Source: an uncultured virus (IMG/VR IMGVR_UViG_3300028569_000010) (Duplodnaviria; Heunggongvirae; Uroviricota; Caudoviricetes). Taken from it: a DNA stretch of 64,000 nucleotides. The translations under genes were made by a program, and so were the position numbers. The DNA is taken from the IMG/VR virus record IMGVR_UViG_3300028569_000010. One strand, given 5' to 3'. Numbering within the stretch: position 1 is the stretch's first letter; every line of letters begins with the position of its first letter. Below the pieces are notes generated by a model. That model saw only the letters and a list, made by a program, of their open reading frames with translations, was not told where the DNA came from and did no database searches. This document shows, piece by piece, positions 21,487 to 30,917 of the stretch.

Positions 21487-22167
21487 TTAGTTAAAAACAA
21501 TCTGCAAAGATTCTGCATCAAATCTTATATTATCTCCAGCAAATACTAATCTTGGATTAGACAAGGTAGAATACATTAATAAATTACCAGAATTATAAGT
21601 AACATTGTCAAGAACAGCAACGCCAGAAACAAATCCCCAATCTTGTAACGCTGTTGAAAAAACAATTTGATATTTATTGACTAAATATCTGCTTGGAACT
21701 GGATAAGTATTATAATTAGTATTACTACCGATAGTTGTTCCAGAGCCATAAACATTATTAGCGCCACTAGCAAAATAAAAAGTTGTATTTGGGAACTGTG
21801 AAAATCTTACGGTTTCTGCTGTAGATCCACCAGCGCGACTTTGTGTTAAGTACACGGGATAAAATAATCCATTGACTCCACTTCCAACTCCAGCGTTATT
21901 CCTAGTGCCAGATACTGCAAATGATACATTATCTGCATCACTAGCAAATCTCCAAGCGTCGGAAAGTAATCCAACATTAACTCTAGAATATCCAGTTATA
22001 CCAGAAGCATTTCCGCTAGGTATTTCAGCGATAGTATTGCCACCATCAAAATCTCTTGCTGGGTTAGAAAGTAATGCTACAGATATTGAACTTGGCATTG
22101 GAAAAGCTTGATTGGCAAAAACGTGATGCAATAAACCAGATTCAAGATAGTCAGATAAAGCTGCCAT
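21487..22167 (-). CDS. Phage tail/virion protein
   Basis: MAALSDYLE...YSRV...F.TA..DWG.V..VA..D....GNLL pattern seen in small phage tail proteins. Confidence 0.6.
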   Translation of the reverse strand: MAALSDYLESGLLHHVFANQAFPMPSSISVALLSNPARDFDGGNTIAEIPSGNASGITGYSRVNVGLLSDAWRFASDADNVSFAVSGTRNNAGVGSGVNGLFYPVYLTQSRAGGSTAETVRFSQFPNTTFYFASGANNVYGSGTTIGSNTNYNTYPVPSRYLVNKYQIVFSTALQDWGFVSGVAVLDNVTYNSGNLLMYSTLSNPRLVFAGDNIRFDAESLQIVFN

Positions 22168-22210
22168 TTGTTGTCTCCATTAATTTTCAGTTCCTTAGTC
22201 TATACAGATA

Positions 22211-22219
22211 ATAATACAC
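22211..22219 (-). promoter_or_regulatory. Candidate late promoter GTGTATTAT
   Basis: Directly downstream of the capsid terminator and upstream of the 226-aa gene. Confidence 0.55.
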
Positions 22220-22251
22220 AAAAAGCCACCCCCAAGTTAATGAGAGTGGCT
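22220..22251 (-). terminator. Rho-independent terminator after the major capsid gene
   Basis: Minus strand AGCCACTCTC-loop-GGGGGTGGCT followed by a T run. Confidence 0.7.
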
Positions 22252-22275
22252 AATTGTATGGGAATTTGATAGTAA

Positions 22276-23283
22276 TTAGAATGAACCTAAGATAATTCTT
22301 CGGTTATCTAACACGCCAAATCCAAGTTCCGCAAAGCCGTAGTATCCGGCTCTCTGCTGTCTGTGAAGAGTGGGATCTTCGAATACCTGTAACTGTTCCT
22401 TAACAGGCATTACAAAGCTATCCTTAGTTGACTGATCAAGACCAACGACTAGTTCTAGATCGCTAGCCTGAACATTGCCACCAAGCTGTGAGGAAAAGAA
22501 TGTCTGATATTCCTGACCTTCGCCTAGTTCGTCAAGATCATGAAGATTTACGCCATAGATTCTTGTGATGGGAGCGCCATCGCCAGAAGCACTGTAAATC
22601 TCACGACGAGTTACTTCGTCAATCTGATCAAGACCCCAATTACGAACATCCTCTAAAGCTTCTGGAGATACGTATAGATCAGTTAGGCGACCACGACCAA
22701 CTGATGCGCTATTACCACCAGAATTACGACGCATTACTGTCTGAAGAAGAGAAACAAGTCTCTTGCTGAAAAGACCAGCAGTTGCATCTGCATCAAAAAC
22801 AAGAATGTTACGATCAACGCCAGCAGCTAGAAGTGTGTGCCAGCCATCGTCATTCATCTTCTTTGTAAAGCCAGCTTCCATGACTTGCATGGCGCGTGAC
22901 ACAACATCCCAACGAGCATCGCGGGCGTAGCGAAGAAGATAATCAATTGAAGAAGTAATACTATATGTTGGAATCATCACATAGTCACTCTCAACTGAAC
23001 GTTCTGGAATTCTACCGTGGCCTGGATTAGTATAGGCAACGTGATCGCCTTCTAAGCCGGGAGCCACAAGGTCCAATGGAAACTCGGTGTTAGCACCGGG
23101 TTCTACATTAATGGTTTCAAAGATGTTACCAAGAATGTTACCGACAAGAATACCCTTACGCAAGGGTAGCTCAAGTGCTTTAGCAAACTCTCTCTGAGCA
23201 GCTTGAGCAACATTGATATCTGCATCCCCTGACTTGCGTAGGAGACTGATGAACTCATCACTAGGTCTATTATTAGTTGGCAT
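22276..23283 (-). CDS. Major capsid protein (probably HK97 fold)
   Basis: 335 aa, strong AGGAG RBS, codon usage suggesting high expression; gene order portal-protease-decoration-capsid; followed by a terminator. Confidence 0.8.
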   Translation of the reverse strand: MPTNNRPSDEFISLLRKSGDADINVAQAAQREFAKALELPLRKGILVGNILGNIFETINVEPGANTEFPLDLVAPGLEGDHVAYTNPGHGRIPERSVESDYVMIPTYSITSSIDYLLRYARDARWDVVSRAMQVMEAGFTKKMNDDGWHTLLAAGVDRNILVFDADATAGLFSKRLVSLLQTVMRRNSGGNSASVGRGRLTDLYVSPEALEDVRNWGLDQIDEVTRREIYSASGDGAPITRIYGVNLHDLDELGEGQEYQTFFSSQLGGNVQASDLELVVGLDQSTKDSFVMPVKEQLQVFEDPTLHRQQRAGYYGFAELGFGVLDNRRIILGSF

Positions 23284-23313
23284 AAAAATTTCTCCTTTAG
23301 TTTATTAAATTAG

Positions 23314-23763
23314 TCAGGGTAGGTTTACTTCGACTTTGGCATAACCATCTTCATCTTTGCTAGTTAAAAATCCACCAACCTTGTTACCGCTAGCAACAGT
23401 ACTGAAATTTCCAGCTGTTACTGTGCAACGATAGGCTGTAGCACCAGCAGATGGTGAGCCAGTTACGTTATTGGTGACTACATATCCTTTACGTAGGACT
23501 GTTACCTTGCCACCCTTTTGTACCTCATCCTTGTATAGATTAAGGTGTGTTCTAGTTAGATCCTTGTTTACAACATCGTTAAGAAGAACACCAACTGGAA
23601 TTCCAGATGTTGAGTACTTAACAAGGTTGACACCTTGATCCATTGAAGCGCCCGAACCAGCTGTTGTATCATGGCAAGCTACTCCACCGCGTGTAGCAGT
23701 TGCGTCATTATAAAAAAAGCTGATATCAGTTTGAAGTTCATATCTATCTGATTTTAAAGCCAT
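23314..23763 (-). CDS. Capsid decoration/cement protein
   Basis: 149 aa immediately upstream of the capsid gene; PVGVLLNDVV...G.V.T...K.EVNLP pattern. Confidence 0.6.
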   Translation of the reverse strand: MALKSDRYELQTDISFFYNDATATRGGVACHDTTAGSGASMDQGVNLVKYSTSGIPVGVLLNDVVNKDLTRTHLNLYKDEVQKGGKVTVLRKGYVVTNNVTGSPSAGATAYRCTVTAGNFSTVASGNKVGGFLTSKDEDGYAKVEVNLP

Positions 23764-23780
23764 AGTTAATTCTCCTTATA

Positions 23781-25241
23781 TTATTTAACACGTAGTACAT
23801 TTGTCTCAAGCCACTCTGCAATACTTGCTCTTGTGGCCTCTAATTGATCTACCTCATCAGAAGCGTTAATTAAAGTGGCTTCGGTTGAATCTACGTTTGT
23901 GAAAAGTTCTTCAGTAACTTCATCAGCCTTTGATTCTTCTTCAGCATACTTCTTATCCTTCTTTTCCTCAGTCTTTTCTGCATCTTTCTTACTATCCTCT
24001 TGCTTAAGAGCCTTTTCTTTCTTCATTGTAACCTTTTTCATAGCGGCTACAATAAGATCGAAACTTGTATCGTCTAATTCTTCATAAGAGGCTAAAGACT
24101 CTTCTGTTTCTTCTTCTGAGAAACCTAGATTTAGAAGACTAGCTTTGCGTGACATTCTGCTCTTCTCTTTTTTCATCTTCTTTAGCTCTTCTTCTTTATT
24201 CTTCATATCTTCTTCATACTTAGCTAAAGTTTCTTCTAGAGATGTAATCTTTACGTCTCTTTCTGATAATGACTTGTTAAGATTTTCAATTGAGTCTGCT
24301 TTTGTTGTTAATTCGGCTTGTAGCTTTGAAACAACATCTTCATGTTCTTTTGAGTTAAAAACTTCAACTGAAGCACGGAGTGTAGCATTTTCCTCTTTAA
24401 TGGATGCTAACTCAGCGCGAAGATCATTCACTTGCTGTTCTAGTACTGTGTTTTCTGTCATAATATCTCCTTCACTGTTATTAAACTTAAAAGTTATTAT
24501 TTTATCTGAGCTAGCACGACTAGCATCTAAGATGACACTTCTTGGATTAGCTGGTTTTGACACCAAGCCTTTGCCGGAAAAAGAAATGTCTTTTAAAGAT
24601 CTGCCTATCTTACGTCCCTCGTACTCTCCAGTTCCACCATAAGCTCTTAAATGCTTTGTTAAAAATGCCGATGCTTCGCTTCTTGGTAGTAATTCAGTAG
24701 ATCCACTTTCATCCATGACTGCATAATCAAATCCAGAAAAAAGACATTCCATTGATACAAACCATTTGCCTTCTTCAATTTCAGCAATTAGTTGTTTCAT
24801 CCTGTCTCTATTTTCTTGATTCGTCCAACTGTTGTATAATACAGCTTCTGTAACAATATCGAAATCAGAAACATAAGTATCTATATCAGCTAAAATCTTA
24901 CCGTCACGATCTACTACATAACTACCAGTTATATGCCCAATAATATCGTTCTCATTGTGCATAAAATTAAATTGTTTATCTTCTGGAGTCTTGCGCGCGG
25001 CCCAAGTTGTAGCTGCGGCAAAGACATCATCATTTTTATTCCATCCGGTAGAAACCAAAATTGATTTAATATAATATAAATCTACTTGTTTAGGATTAGC
25101 ACTATTTGCTATAACCTTATTTATACATAATGGATTGAGGTGTTCTTCTGAAAGTATAGCGGGTGAACAATACGCTATGGATACTTGTTTTTCTACAAGT
25201 TCTCCAATACCATCTTGTAATTCTTTTTTATATACATTCAT
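23781..25241 (-). CDS. Prohead protease-scaffold fusion
   Basis: N-terminal domain with NFMHNE...IIGHI and VSMEC motifs; C-terminal E/K-rich coiled coil; lies between portal and capsid genes. Confidence 0.65.
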   Translation of the reverse strand: MNVYKKELQDGIGELVEKQVSIAYCSPAILSEEHLNPLCINKVIANSANPKQVDLYYIKSILVSTGWNKNDDVFAAATTWAARKTPEDKQFNFMHNENDIIGHITGSYVVDRDGKILADIDTYVSDFDIVTEAVLYNSWTNQENRDRMKQLIAEIEEGKWFVSMECLFSGFDYAVMDESGSTELLPRSEASAFLTKHLRAYGGTGEYEGRKIGRSLKDISFSGKGLVSKPANPRSVILDASRASSDKIITFKFNNSEGDIMTENTVLEQQVNDLRAELASIKEENATLRASVEVFNSKEHEDVVSKLQAELTTKADSIENLNKSLSERDVKITSLEETLAKYEEDMKNKEEELKKMKKEKSRMSRKASLLNLGFSEEETEESLASYEELDDTSFDLIVAAMKKVTMKKEKALKQEDSKKDAEKTEEKKDKKYAEEESKADEVTEELFTNVDSTEATLINASDEVDQLEATRASIAEWLETNVLRVK

Positions 25242-25258
25242 ATTTGCCTCTTATGAAG

Positions 25259-25267
25259 ATAATACAC
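25259..25267 (-). promoter_or_regulatory. Candidate late promoter GTGTATTAT
   Basis: In the short gap before the protease-scaffold gene. Confidence 0.55.
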
Positions 25268-25276
25268 AAAAAGTAG

Positions 25277-27274
25277 TTAATTCTGTGTTATATACTCTAT
25301 ATACTTACCAAGCACACTATTTTTATAGTCTTCTAAGCTTAATTTATCTAGTGATATACCACTATTTTTAAGCATTTTTCTAAAATCTTGTGGCACTTTG
25401 GCATTAGATCTTAGCAAAGAAACTATATCCTCATTTGATACACTAGATAATGGATGTAAGTTAGTAAAAATATCTAATTTAATATTTTCTAATTGTTTTA
25501 CCTCACCTTTGGTTAACTGTCTTAGATTTGATTTATCTAAACTGTTTAAATATGGTTCAACAACAAGGGTAGCAATAGCACTTATAGTGTTTTCTGACCA
25601 AACTAAAAGTTCTGCAACTCCAGGTTTTGATTTAGGCTTATCTACTCTTTTTTTTCTAACATTGGTATCTTGCTTGAACAATGGGCGACCGTTAGGATTT
25701 GGTGGCTTGGGAGCGTTTTGTTTAGTTACCTTTGCTTGTTTATCTATTTTTTGTAATTCAAATTTTTGATTAGCATTATGAAATGGGCTTGCTTTAGGTG
25801 GACCAGAATTTTCTCTCCTTTCCATTTCTCTTTTGAGTCTTATTCTTTCTATATCTGGAATCTCCTTAAACCGCTCAATGAGAGTTTCGTGACTTATAAT
25901 ATCTCTATCAGCTAACTGTATTAATAAATTCTTTTCAGCTGCTTCATCAGATAATGTCATTTGATCAAATTGTATATGAGCCTTATATCTAAAACCCATA
26001 GCCTTTCTTACAATCTCAAGTTCTTTTTCCCAAAATTGTGCTAGTTGATCACGACCATATTGCAATCTTTCAACAAGTGTTTTTAGTGAAATAAAATTAT
26101 TGGTAAATCCACCACCATTAGTAGCCATACCAGTTAGAGTTGGGGGAACTCCAAGTCCAGCATATATACTGTTAAGAACAGATGTATATTTTTCAGAACC
26201 TAAGAATTTATATACTTCGCTACTAGATTCTGTAAACGATAATTCTGGACCCCACACTAATTCCATTGTTCCGCCACCAACGTTACTAGCTAATATGTCT
26301 CTTAATTTATTTATAGCAGCTTTATTTGGTAAAATTTTATATTCTAAATTACCAAGAGTCCATAGTCTAATATTAGATATAGCTCCATCTAAAGCTGACA
26401 AATCTGCTAATCTCATTTTTTCAAGCATTATAATATCGTCAAGAATTGCATATATCATTGGATTGGCCCACTGTCTCCAATCATCCTTTTTATAATAAAA
26501 AACACTTAGCCTTTCGTTGTCTAGCGGTATTTGTCTTTCACCTTTTAATAAGCTTTCTTTAATATTTTTGGGAAGACTATCAAGAACGTGATTGGGTATA
26601 TTTCCAGATTGAAATTTATCTAAAAAATTATCAGCTTTTATTGAGAAATTTTTCATTCCCATAAACAAAGATAAATTGCCATCTTTCATCGATACAGTTA
26701 AAGGATTAAAGAAATTATATCTCCAAGGAATAACATTTTTTTCCATGTTTGGTATTTCAACTTTTATATCACTAGAAATAGCTTTCATATAATTATTTAA
26801 TTGTGGTGTTACTTTTGCGTAACTTCTATATATTATGACATTGCCACACTTATATAAATTATTTAGAAATCTTTCTGATCTTTCTTTTCCATTTACACTT
26901 TTAAACCACTGCTGATAAAATTTTTCTACACTCTTATCACGATGTACAATTTGTATACCTTGACTACCAAAATCTCCCATTAAGTCAATTATATTTCGAA
27001 TAATTCCAACTTTATCGTATGCCTCCATGCACATTTTGATGATTCTTCTCTGCTCATTTGGGACAGCTTCTTCTGGCCTAAATGCATAATAATCATTATG
27101 AGTAAATCCAGGCTTAACGGATTTATTTGGTTCAATATCAATAAAGTTTCTATAATGATTACCAGTAGACTTATTAAGTCCAGAGTAGGCTTCTATGCTT
27201 TCGCTAAATTTGCTAATAGCTATGTTTTTGCTATTTGGTTCATCGTCAGACCATGTAATCATTTCGTCAGTCAT
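25277..27274 (-). CDS. Portal protein
   Basis: 665 aa directly after terminase; IIRNIIDLMGDFG, IYAGLGVPPTL and QLADRDIISHETL portal-like motifs. Confidence 0.75.
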   Translation of the reverse strand: MTDEMITWSDDEPNSKNIAISKFSESIEAYSGLNKSTGNHYRNFIDIEPNKSVKPGFTHNDYYAFRPEEAVPNEQRRIIKMCMEAYDKVGIIRNIIDLMGDFGSQGIQIVHRDKSVEKFYQQWFKSVNGKERSERFLNNLYKCGNVIIYRSYAKVTPQLNNYMKAISSDIKVEIPNMEKNVIPWRYNFFNPLTVSMKDGNLSLFMGMKNFSIKADNFLDKFQSGNIPNHVLDSLPKNIKESLLKGERQIPLDNERLSVFYYKKDDWRQWANPMIYAILDDIIMLEKMRLADLSALDGAISNIRLWTLGNLEYKILPNKAAINKLRDILASNVGGGTMELVWGPELSFTESSSEVYKFLGSEKYTSVLNSIYAGLGVPPTLTGMATNGGGFTNNFISLKTLVERLQYGRDQLAQFWEKELEIVRKAMGFRYKAHIQFDQMTLSDEAAEKNLLIQLADRDIISHETLIERFKEIPDIERIRLKREMERRENSGPPKASPFHNANQKFELQKIDKQAKVTKQNAPKPPNPNGRPLFKQDTNVRKKRVDKPKSKPGVAELLVWSENTISAIATLVVEPYLNSLDKSNLRQLTKGEVKQLENIKLDIFTNLHPLSSVSNEDIVSLLRSNAKVPQDFRKMLKNSGISLDKLSLEDYKNSVLGKYIEYITQN

Positions 27275-27312
27275 ATTAAATCCTCATCAGTTAGATTGTA
27301 GTGCGATAGCAA

Positions 27313-29286
27313 TTAATACACATCTTTCATAGTGTCAGTAAACCAGCTAGGACCAGAATAATAATCTTCTTCTTTTCTTTTAGAAAATTCACCATTAGCA
27401 AAACCACCATAAAAATTATATTCATTTAACGTTGGCGTTCTTTGTATTGTACGCGCTGCCATATTCGCCATTAATAATGCAGAATATCTATCTTTTCTTA
27501 TTTTGTTTTTCTTACCAGTGCCAACCAAGACTTCTGGCGTATCCCACCTATCTCTACCATTTGATGTTTGAGTCATTTGTATCATAGATAATTCATCTTT
27601 AAGTTCTTCAATTTCCATAACGCACTCTTCTAGCGTGTCAAACATTCGATGCTTAGATATGTCTTCTGATTCAGATATTGCTAAATTAATAGCATCAAAG
27701 TCTGGAAAAAGTAAAACTTTATCTTCAAAATCTTTTCTCATGCCGTGATTAGCCTCTGCTAACCATTCATGTCGTGCAAATTGGCACATTTCTAAGATAT
27801 GTAAGCCGCGTTCATCGTCTGTGTCTTTTGGTTTATTATCATCGATTGTTGGCCATATTAAAAATTCTCCAGACTTTAGCTTATCTTTATCATGCAATGA
27901 TTCCATAACTGCTACGCCACCACCTTGAGCGTCAATCGAAACGTGTAGGCATGGAAATAAATGCATTAAATCTCTAATTTTCCTAGCACAATATGAATAA
28001 AAATCTGTTTCAGATACATATCCTTTTTTAACTTTTTCTTTATGTTCCGTGCGAGTAGTTGTCCAACAATGTACTATTTTTCTGTAATTACCATCTAATT
28101 CTAAAACAACAATACTAAAATTATCTACTTCTGAAGCTGGATCGACACCATACACATAACGTTTTTCTTTACCTCCTATTAAAGCGGCGTTAAATTGAAT
28201 TGTATTTCCATTACTATCAACAATATTATTAGTTGCAGAAGCTACACATGATTCTACTAATGATCTTTTGAAAAATCCCTGACTATCTCTAGTAAAACAA
28301 GCTCCATATTCCATCTGATAAATGCCAGTGTGTACAGTAGCTTTAGATCTTGCTACTTGATCAGCATCCATAAAGCCCTTTGGTAATAATTCATATGGTA
28401 TTCGTATTATAGAATACTGTGTCCAATCAAAGTTTTCTGGGGGGTCTTCTCCAAAAATTTCACGTAGCTTGTGTAAATTTCCCCTACTATTAATGATAGA
28501 TTTCCATTTTTTCCAATATGTAGCAAAATGATTAAAGTCATAATAAGCAGTGCCAGACAATATAATCTGATTATCTTTTTTTATTTCTATTGGCTTATCA
28601 AGCTCAATACCTAGTTCTAAAGCCTTTTTCTCTGACGCTAACCTCTTAACGTTCTCTATTGGATTTGCACTTACTGCCGCAAAGCCAGCAACCACGTTTT
28701 CAAATATTTCTCTTGGAACAGAAGCAAACTCGTCACATATGATATCATTAGCTCGTTGACCTCTAATCTTTTGACCATCACCTAAAGGTAAACATGTTAT
28801 AGTACTATCATTTAGTTTAAGTATACAGCGATCAGTATCTCTTCTTGGCCCACTATCTCCATCGCACATATCTCTTAACATTGGAGAATTATTCCAAAGC
28901 GTTTCCATATATTCAAATAATACTTTGGACTGACGAAATGCAGCACCAACAATAACAATTTTTCTTTTTGGCAATATTAGTGCGCGTAATATTGAGTATA
29001 AAGACAACATAAAAGATTTGCCAGCACCGCGAGTAGCAATTAACATTGGGAATTTTCGTTCCCAAAGTTCTCTTAAAATTAACGATTGAGATGGCAATAG
29101 CTGTGTGTTTAAAATATGCCTAGCTATGAATGGCAAATAATCTGGTTGGGTCATTAACCAAGCTAATCTGATATTGAATTCTTCATCATTAGCAGTAACA
29201 AACTGCATTGGATTAAAAAAATTACTACCAACTTGATCTAAACCAAGCCAAGCCTCTTCTATTAGTTTAAGATCATTTACTCCCAC
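27313..29286 (-). CDS. terL: Terminase large subunit
   Basis: Walker A (ATRGAGKS), GQKIRGQRA...DEF Walker B, RNase H-like domain (YGVDPAS), C-terminal KDRYSA. Confidence 0.9.
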   Translation of the reverse strand: MGVNDLKLIEEAWLGLDQVGSNFFNPMQFVTANDEEFNIRLAWLMTQPDYLPFIARHILNTQLLPSQSLILRELWERKFPMLIATRGAGKSFMLSLYSILRALILPKRKIVIVGAAFRQSKVLFEYMETLWNNSPMLRDMCDGDSGPRRDTDRCILKLNDSTITCLPLGDGQKIRGQRANDIICDEFASVPREIFENVVAGFAAVSANPIENVKRLASEKKALELGIELDKPIEIKKDNQIILSGTAYYDFNHFATYWKKWKSIINSRGNLHKLREIFGEDPPENFDWTQYSIIRIPYELLPKGFMDADQVARSKATVHTGIYQMEYGACFTRDSQGFFKRSLVESCVASATNNIVDSNGNTIQFNAALIGGKEKRYVYGVDPASEVDNFSIVVLELDGNYRKIVHCWTTTRTEHKEKVKKGYVSETDFYSYCARKIRDLMHLFPCLHVSIDAQGGGVAVMESLHDKDKLKSGEFLIWPTIDDNKPKDTDDERGLHILEMCQFARHEWLAEANHGMRKDFEDKVLLFPDFDAINLAISESEDISKHRMFDTLEECVMEIEELKDELSMIQMTQTSNGRDRWDTPEVLVGTGKKNKIRKDRYSALLMANMAARTIQRTPTLNEYNFYGGFANGEFSKRKEEDYYSGPSWFTDTMKDVY

Positions 29287-29903
29287 GATTTTATAACCCT
29301 GTCAGCAAATCCGTAGTTCACTGAGTCGTTTGCGTTTATATACCAATCACCATTTTTCATTTTTCTGTATAAGAAATTTTTCACCTTAGAAATATCCCAG
29401 CCTTGATCTTTAAAATACTTGCCCTTTACGCATCTATTAGCGTAGATATCCATCATGATATCACATAAAATTTTTTCATATTTAATCCAATTTTGTACAT
29501 TTAAATAATGACCACTAGCGTCACTAGATCCAAAATGAGACATAAAATAAGAATTGGGAGTCATAAATCGCATATCTGCGGCTTGTAAAATAATACTACT
29601 CATAGACTCTGCCTGTCCGTAGACTATCATAGTCACATGTGATTTGCACATTGTGATAGCATCAAATATAGCCATTCCGTCAGACCATTCACCACCAATA
29701 CTATGCATATGTATAAAAATTTCGTTGGTATTTTCTTGCTCTAAAGCCCTAATATTTTTTAAGAAAGTATTAGCCATTTTATATTCAACGCCGGGATTGT
29801 TGTTCTCGTCGGAAATATATGTATTATGCAAGAATATTTCTCTGGTTTTTGTATTACATCCATAGTTATGTAGGTCAAAAAGTTTATCATTGGTTGTAGA
29901 CAT
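29277..29903 (-). CDS. clpP: ClpP-family serine protease
   Basis: HSIGGEWSDGMAIFD, GQAESMSSIILQA (catalytic Ser), FMSH, DWYINANDSVNYGFADRV; start placed at MSTTND (GGAG RBS). Confidence 0.85.
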   Translation of the reverse strand: MSTTNDKLFDLHNYGCNTKTREIFLHNTYISDENNNPGVEYKMANTFLKNIRALEQENTNEIFIHMHSIGGEWSDGMAIFDAITMCKSHVTMIVYGQAESMSSIILQAADMRFMTPNSYFMSHFGSSDASGHYLNVQNWIKYEKILCDIMMDIYANRCVKGKYFKDQGWDISKVKNFLYRKMKNGDWYINANDSVNYGFADRVIKSWE

Positions 29904-29904
29904 G

Positions 29905-30408
29905 TTATTTTTTTCTCCCAATAGTGTACATTTCATTAACTCGCTTAAAAATGCTACTAACAGCAAGGAAGGCTGATTTTTTGTTTCCACAGAATAAGAC
30001 ATTGATGTTGTTATATAATTGAAATTCAACAAGACACTTTAACATATATTTACCAGTTATTTTTAACGATGATTGATTCTTGATTGGTATTCTAGTATCT
30101 TCTGGAAATTTTATTAATTCTTCTAAAGAGAATTCTAATACTATAAATCTATAGGGAAATTTTTCCATGCGATCAATCTCTTCTAGAAATTGATGTTTTT
30201 TTTGACCTAGATTTATTGCTAATTCTTCTACGCAACCTTTTCTCTCTACGCACACCTTGTCTTCTAATCCAAGTATGGTATAATCTCCAGTATCTAATTT
30301 TTGATCAATCATGCCAGCACATGTGTTGAACTTGCTAAAATAATAACCCTCCTGTTCTCTAGTGTCTTTAATGACTGTGAAAGGTGGAGCAATCTTATAA
30401 TTTCCCAT
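29905..30408 (-). CDS. ERCC4/XPF-family nuclease
   Basis: IKDTREQ, TGDY and VERKG motifs. Confidence 0.8.
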   Translation of the reverse strand: MGNYKIAPPFTVIKDTREQEGYYFSKFNTCAGMIDQKLDTGDYTILGLEDKVCVERKGCVEELAINLGQKKHQFLEEIDRMEKFPYRFIVLEFSLEELIKFPEDTRIPIKNQSSLKITGKYMLKCLVEFQLYNNINVLFCGNKKSAFLAVSSIFKRVNEMYTIGRKK

Positions 30409-30661
30409 CTATAATCTCTCTAAATAGTTTTTCGTATTGTTTTTCTTTATTTTTTATACTGTCGTGGCAAGACCTACATAGTGTTATGCCATTACAAGTT
30501 TCATATCTTAAAGATGCGGCACTAGCCCAAGTTCTAATATGATGAACCTGTAGTCGAATTTTACACTTACATCCAGGCATTTGACATTGCTTCTTGTCTC
30601 TTTTTAAAACATCTTTCCTAAAACGTTCATAAACATCTTCTGAAATTTTTCTGTTATTCAT
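30395..30661 (-). CDS. HNH endonuclease
   Basis: RDKKQCQMPGC...QVHHI...NGITLCRSCH. Confidence 0.85.
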   Translation of the reverse strand: MNNRKISEDVYERFRKDVLKRDKKQCQMPGCKCKIRLQVHHIRTWASAASLRYETCNGITLCRSCHDSIKNKEKQYEKLFREIIDGKL

Positions 30662-30917
30662 AATTTTTCTACTTTATCGATTCTGATAAGTCGTTTTACT
30701 TTTCTGCAAAGTATTCTACTTGGTATAGATTTACTTTTACTTAATATTTGTTTTATTATTCTATCCACAACCATAAAGCAGGCATCATCATAATCGTTTG
30801 CTTCTATGAATATTAAATTAAAGAAAATGGTAAAGTATATCCTACTAAATGTATAGAGTAGGGTAAAAGCTCTTGATAAACGTCGGAAAGATCTGTAGTT
30901 ATTCTATAGTTTTGCAT
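30658..30917 (-). pseudogene. Small gene interrupted by a 5-bp tandem duplication
   Basis: Removing one ATTAA copy at 30812-30821 restores an 84-aa ORF that fills the gap between gmd and the HNH gene, overlapping both. Confidence 0.6.

Noticed and set aside
22276..29286. Introns or inteins in capsid, portal or terminase genes
   Set aside because: ORFs are continuous, of ordinary length, and lack intein or LAGLIDADG motifs.
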